A program made the position numbers and the translations under genes. A stretch of DNA of 64,000 nt from the human T2T-CHM13v2.0 reference genome, Homo sapiens, in NCBI RefSeq assembly GCF_009914755.1, contig NC_060929.1. One strand, written 5' to 3'. Positions 59,271 to 64,000 of this stretch are shown here, piece after piece; positions within the stretch are counted from its first letter, which is position 1, and each line of letters begins with the position of its first letter. The notes beneath the pieces are model-generated. The model was not told the origin of the DNA. It did no database searches and worked only from the letters and a program-made list of their open reading frames with translations.

Positions 59271-60690
59271 AAAACATGAATTTTAAATTTAAAAATTGCT
59301 CTACACCTCCATTTGGAAAGACTGTGTATGTGTTTGTGTCACGTATGAAAGCTAAGCTGGCATCTCCATAACCACGGGGCTCAGATCTGTCCTGATCACG
59401 TTGAGCCCCATAGCCTGACCCTGGAGGAATGAGTATCTGCTGTTGTGAATGAGGCCAGCACCCTTCCCCACCCAGGAAAACCAACGGCCACAGGAGGGCA
59501 GCAGAGAGCCACGATCCCAACCAGAGGAGAAAGCACAGACAGCATGGGGCAGGTGCAGGCGCTTATGTTTGTTTATTGGTTTGTTTTCTTTTTTATTTAA
59601 GTGACCTGTGCCATCGTATTGGGCTGAAATAGCCAGGGATGTGGCCATACAGACAGATCTAGTGTAGGTGAAAAAGAGAGCGGAGTGGGGTCCAGACTAT
59701 TCCAGCCTCCCTCCTGCTGCCCTTGGCAAGGCTGCCAGCCTCTCTGTGCCTCGGTGTCCTCATCTGTCACATGGGGATAATAACAGTATGGACTGCAGGG
59801 GGCTGGCAACAGTAAAGAGAGTGAGGTGCGTGGCGGCAGCACAGGTCGGCCCAGGAGGACCCCGTGGGAGCTCCTACTGACTGCGGAGAAGATCAGCAGA
59901 GGCCCCGCTGAGGACGGCCTGGGGGAGGTGCAGGGAAGGGGCTCATGGGAGGGTGGTGGGGAACACCTGCAGGCAGAGGATGGGTGTGATTGTGGGGACC
60001 TCAAAAGCCACACCCAGAGCCAGGGGGTGCTGCAGGGCAGAGGCTGCAGCGGGGAAGTGCCCATGGCCCGAGGTCCCTGTGGGCGAGGCCCTCCTCTCTA
60101 ACCCACAGCCATCCCCCAGGCCCAACTTTCAGGGGTGTGGGAGGTCTGCCTGTCTCCCGAAGACCCACTGTGGTCACTAACAGACTGGGACGTACATGAG
60201 GGTGACCCAGGCAGGCAGGTCTGGGCCTCCCTGGAGCTGGCAACCGTGCTCCCATCATCCCTGTCCCAGGGCCTGTGTGGTCCTGAGCTGACACCCGAGG
60301 GTGACACCCCACACTCCACACATGGCAGAGTGAAATAATAGCACCCTGGCCATGGTAGCGCACGCTCACAGCCCCTCCAGCACAGAAATGCAGGGAGCAG
60401 GGGGCAGCGTCGGGGGTGGCCAAGGCTTTGGCCTGTGGCAGGCCCTGAGCTCAGAAGGATGCAGGGGCTTTGCCCAAACCCACACTAGGTGCAGGGCCGG
60501 GGAGGCTGTTTCAGGAGGCGAAGGAAGGGCCCCGGGCGGTGAGGGGAGAGGCTGGTTCCGAAAGTGTGGGCGACGCAGCCAGAGCCTGATGACTGAAGAG
60601 TGAGCAGGCGGTGGGGCTTCCTAGGAGGCAGTGAGGAGAGGCAGCCCAGACCCAGTGAGATCACACCTAGGATGTCCCCAAGAAACCCCC

Positions 60691-61265
60691 AGGGCTGGGG
60701 CCAGGTCGTGCATCGTCATTGGGGGTGGGGCCAGGACGAGCATCGTCACTGGGGGTGGGGCCAGGACGAGCATCGTCACTGGGGGTGGGGCCAGGACGAG
60801 CATCGTCACTGGGGGTGGGGCCAGGACGAGCATCGTCACTGGGGGTGGGGCCAGGACGAGCATCGTCACTGGGGGTGGGGCCAGGACGAGCATCGTCGTT
60901 GGGGGTGGGGCCAGGACGAGCATCGTCGTTGGGGGTGGGGCCAGGACGAGCATCGTCGTTGGGGGTGGGGCCAGGACGAGCATCGTCGTTGGGGGTGGGG
61001 CCAGGACGAGCATCGTCGTTGGGGGTGGGGCCAGGACGAGCATCGTCGTTGGGGGTGGGGCCAGGACGAGCATCGTCGTTGGGGGTGGGGCCAGGACGAG
61101 CATCGTCGTTGGGGGTGGGGCCAGGACGAGCATCGTCGTTGGGGGTGGGGCCAGGACGAGCATCGTCGTTGGGGGTGGGGCCAGGACGAGCATCGTCACT
61201 GGGGGTGGGGCCAGGACGAGCATCGTCATTGGGGGTGGGGCCAGGACGAGCATCGTCATTGGGGA
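60691..61265. repeat. 30-bp G-rich VNTR, 19 copies (GGGGGTGGGGCCAGGACGAGCATCGTCRYT)
   Basis: Exact 30-bp periodicity; first unit degenerate. Confidence 0.97.
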
Positions 61266-62649
61266 TGGGCAGCCATGTGGATGAGCCGAGAGATTCCAGT
61301 GGGGAAAAAGGAGACGAGGCCGAGATTGATGATCTAGAGGCGCCCGCAGCCTCACAGACCCAGGTGCCCTGGCAAGCACAGCCCTGCTCACACAGCAGAC
61401 ATGGGGGTGGGGATGACTGAGTGTGTGCATAGCAGGGAACAGATAAATGAGCCTAAAGGCATGGATAAGTTTAAAGGCTAAAGAAGGGCCTTGTGCAGAC
61501 CAATCCTGAGCGGAAATGAATGCAGGAGTCCAGTTGGCCCCTGCTGAGAGGGGAAAACCGGTGTCTTAAACTCAGGACCTAGAGTCAGGAGGAAAGAGGT
61601 TCCAGATAGGACCCAGATTAGGAACCTCCTCACCCACTCCTCCCTCCAGAGACTACAGCAGAGGGGGAGGCCCACAGGCAGCACAGCCTTCAACTCCTGG
61701 TTTCCCCAGAAGACACTGTGGGCATTTGTCCAACTGACCTCAGAGGCCCCCTCCAGGACACTGTGACAGTTTATACCAATCTGCACTTTTGCTCCTTGAG
61801 CTCTTATCTTTGGGGCAGCTCAAATGATGACAATGGCTTTTCTGGCCAACTTACCCAGACTCTGTCCTGAGACGAGTAAGCAGGGCCCAGTCTTCCCAAG
61901 GCCCTCCCTGTCTTCTGGGACACCATGTGGGTCCTTCTGAGACAGTGGCCAGCTTTGCCCCAGCCCAGAGCAGCTGAGCCAGCGGTGGAATGACTCTCAT
62001 GACAGACAGCTGTGAGCTCCTGCTGTGCCCCAGGCCCAAGGCTCTAGGGGGTCAAAGAGGTAGGAAGAAGAGCTATGCCAGGGGGGATGCTGGGAGGCGT
62101 TTGGGGGTGAGTGCCCCATCTCTGTCACATGGGCCACCTTCTCCACCTGTAAGAAGGACATCCCAGAAAACTGGCTCTTTATCTTGGCTTTCACTCACTC
62201 TGCTGAAGGGCAGGATATTCAGCAGAAATCTTAGAAACAGGGCGAAACTCAGTGACAGGAAAGCTGAGAGTTTAGAGCCAGCAGGAACCTTAGAGATCAT
62301 CTCATTCACCCTCTCATCTTGTTGATGTGAAAACAGGCTCAGAGATGGGAGTGGCTGGCCTGTGGTCACAGAGTGGGTCCCCAAACTGTGCCCAGGGCCT
62401 GGGTATGCATCACTTCCAGAAATGTGTAACACTGGAAATGAATCCGAATGGCCTTCCAAAGCGGCAAAGGCAGCGCCAACCCGGTTTCTCCTCCTGGACG
62501 CATTGGAACAACCAGCCAAGCAGCCCCAGAAGATCACTTCCTCCCACCTCTAGCCTAAAGGTGACACTTTTGAAACCCCCCGTAGCCTCCCTTTGCAGTT
62601 TGGACCCTGCCGTTCTGTTCACCTGGAGATCTCAGGCCTGAAAGGTCTT

Positions 62650-62885
62650 ACTGTGGTGGAATTACGTTTCCCTCAAAATCCATCTTAGCACTCCAACCCT
62701 CTTTCCCTCAGAATGTGACTGTATTGGACATAGGGCTTTTAAAGAGGTGGTCACACTAAAATGAGGTCACTAGGGTGGACCCCAATCCAATCTGACAGGT
62801 GTCCTTATAAGAGGAGGAAATGTGGACACACAGGGCCATCACGGGTACATGTGCACAGACGAAAGACCATGTGCGGACACATGTT
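62650..62885. mobile_element. MLT1-like MaLR LTR fragment, followed by (GT)n at 62890-62932 and a minus-strand Alu (~62935-63220)
   Basis: CAGAATGTGACTGTATT..AAAATGAGGTCACTAGGGTGGACCCCAATCCAAT..GTCCTTATAAGA. Confidence 0.78.
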
Positions 62886-62887
62886 TG

Positions 62888-62936
<49 letters not shown>

Positions 62937-64000
62937 GAACAGGGTCTTGCTCTGTTGTCCTGGCAGCAGTGCAGCAGTGACGTCTCTGCTTACTCCAGCC
63001 TCAAACTCCCAGGCTCAACCCATACTCCCACCTTAGCCTCCCGAGTAGCTACAGAAACTTCAGGTGTGTGCCACCACTCCTGGCTAATTTTGGGATTTTC
63101 TGTAGAGATGATGTCCCAATATGTTGCCCAGACTGGCCTTGAACTCATCGGTTCAAATAACCCATCTGCCTCGGCCTCCCAAAGTGATGGAATTACAGGT
63201 GTCAGCCACCAGGCGAGGCCAGTTCCTCTGTTTTTTGTTTTGGGGGATTTTTTGGATGTTTGTTTTCTGTTTCTTTGTTTTTAATGGAAGAGATATTTAA
63301 GAGACACCTCACAAAGGAAGATTAAAAAAATGAGTCATACACATGAAAAAGTGCTTATCGTCTTTCCTCATCAGCTAAATGCAAACTTAAACCATGAGGA
63401 AATACTACATACCCAGAAGAATGGCTAGAAGTTAAAAAATAATCATCGTAATAGGTGAAAAGTACCAAATGCTGCCAAGGAGGTAGCCTCATAACGCTTT
63501 CACATGGTTGATGGGAGGAAAATAACCTAAATGTCCAACAGCAGTGGCTGCTTGGATAATCTAGAGCTCTACCAAACAATGGAACAATAAAAATGGTGTT
63601 GTGGGCTACTTCCTCTTTCATTCCACTCCAGTTTCTCCAGGCACACAAGCTCCAGCTCCACTCACGAACGCATGGCCTCATATTCCCCAAGCAGCTTCTT
63701 CTGAAAGTCTCTTCTCTTAGAAAACGCTGCCAGCGCGCCCCTGCTGTTCAACCCCCAGGCCCACTGTCAACCCCAGACAGCTCGACTGCCTCACGTCTCT
63801 CTGAGGTCGCCACCACACCTTCTGTCAGGACTCCCATGCCCGCTTATGCCACCACATCAGGCATGAAAACTTCCTTTTCTTGCTTCTCTCTCTCTCTCTC
63901 CCTTTTTCTTTCTTTTCTCTCTTTCGAGACTGAGTCTTGCTCTGTCTTCCAGGCTGGAGTGCAGTGGCGCAATCATAGCTTACTGCAGCCTCGACCTCCT

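Noticed and set aside
60600-61430. Repetitive 217-269 aa ORFs (e.g. WGWGQDEHRR repeats)
   Set aside because: A 30-bp unit without stops opens several frames on both strands; no coding evidence.

Overview
Human (primate) genomic DNA, recognisable as the subtelomeric 5q35.3 segment around OR2V1/OR2V2. From left to right it contains: the 5' part of a FOXO1 processed pseudogene (FOXO1B), interrupted by a ~660-bp C-rich pentamer expansion; two intact convergent tRNA genes (Leu-AAG, Val-CAC); a TMTC4 processed pseudogene nested in an ERV1-type LTR, with an 89-bp VNTR at its 5' junction; a truncated tRNA-Val copy with its original flank; and two intact, divergently oriented olfactory receptor genes (OR2V1 on -, OR2V2 on +). 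The upstream regions of the two OR genes form a large inverted duplication with a near-identical core carrying homeodomain and O/E (EBF) motifs. A MER4-family provirus splits one arm. The rest is Alu, L1, LTR, MIR and DNA-transposon relics plus several minisatellites. Almost all ORFs in the supplied track are repeat or antisense artefacts. I see no novel protein-coding system. The most interesting signals are regulatory or evolutionary: homogenised OR promoters, a candidate Lhx2/EBF enhancer, strong local AT-to-GC drift, VNTRs born at insertion junctions, and a mosaic of tRNA-cluster duplicons. Gene and repeat-family names come from sequence recognition, not database searches, and repeat boundaries are approximate.
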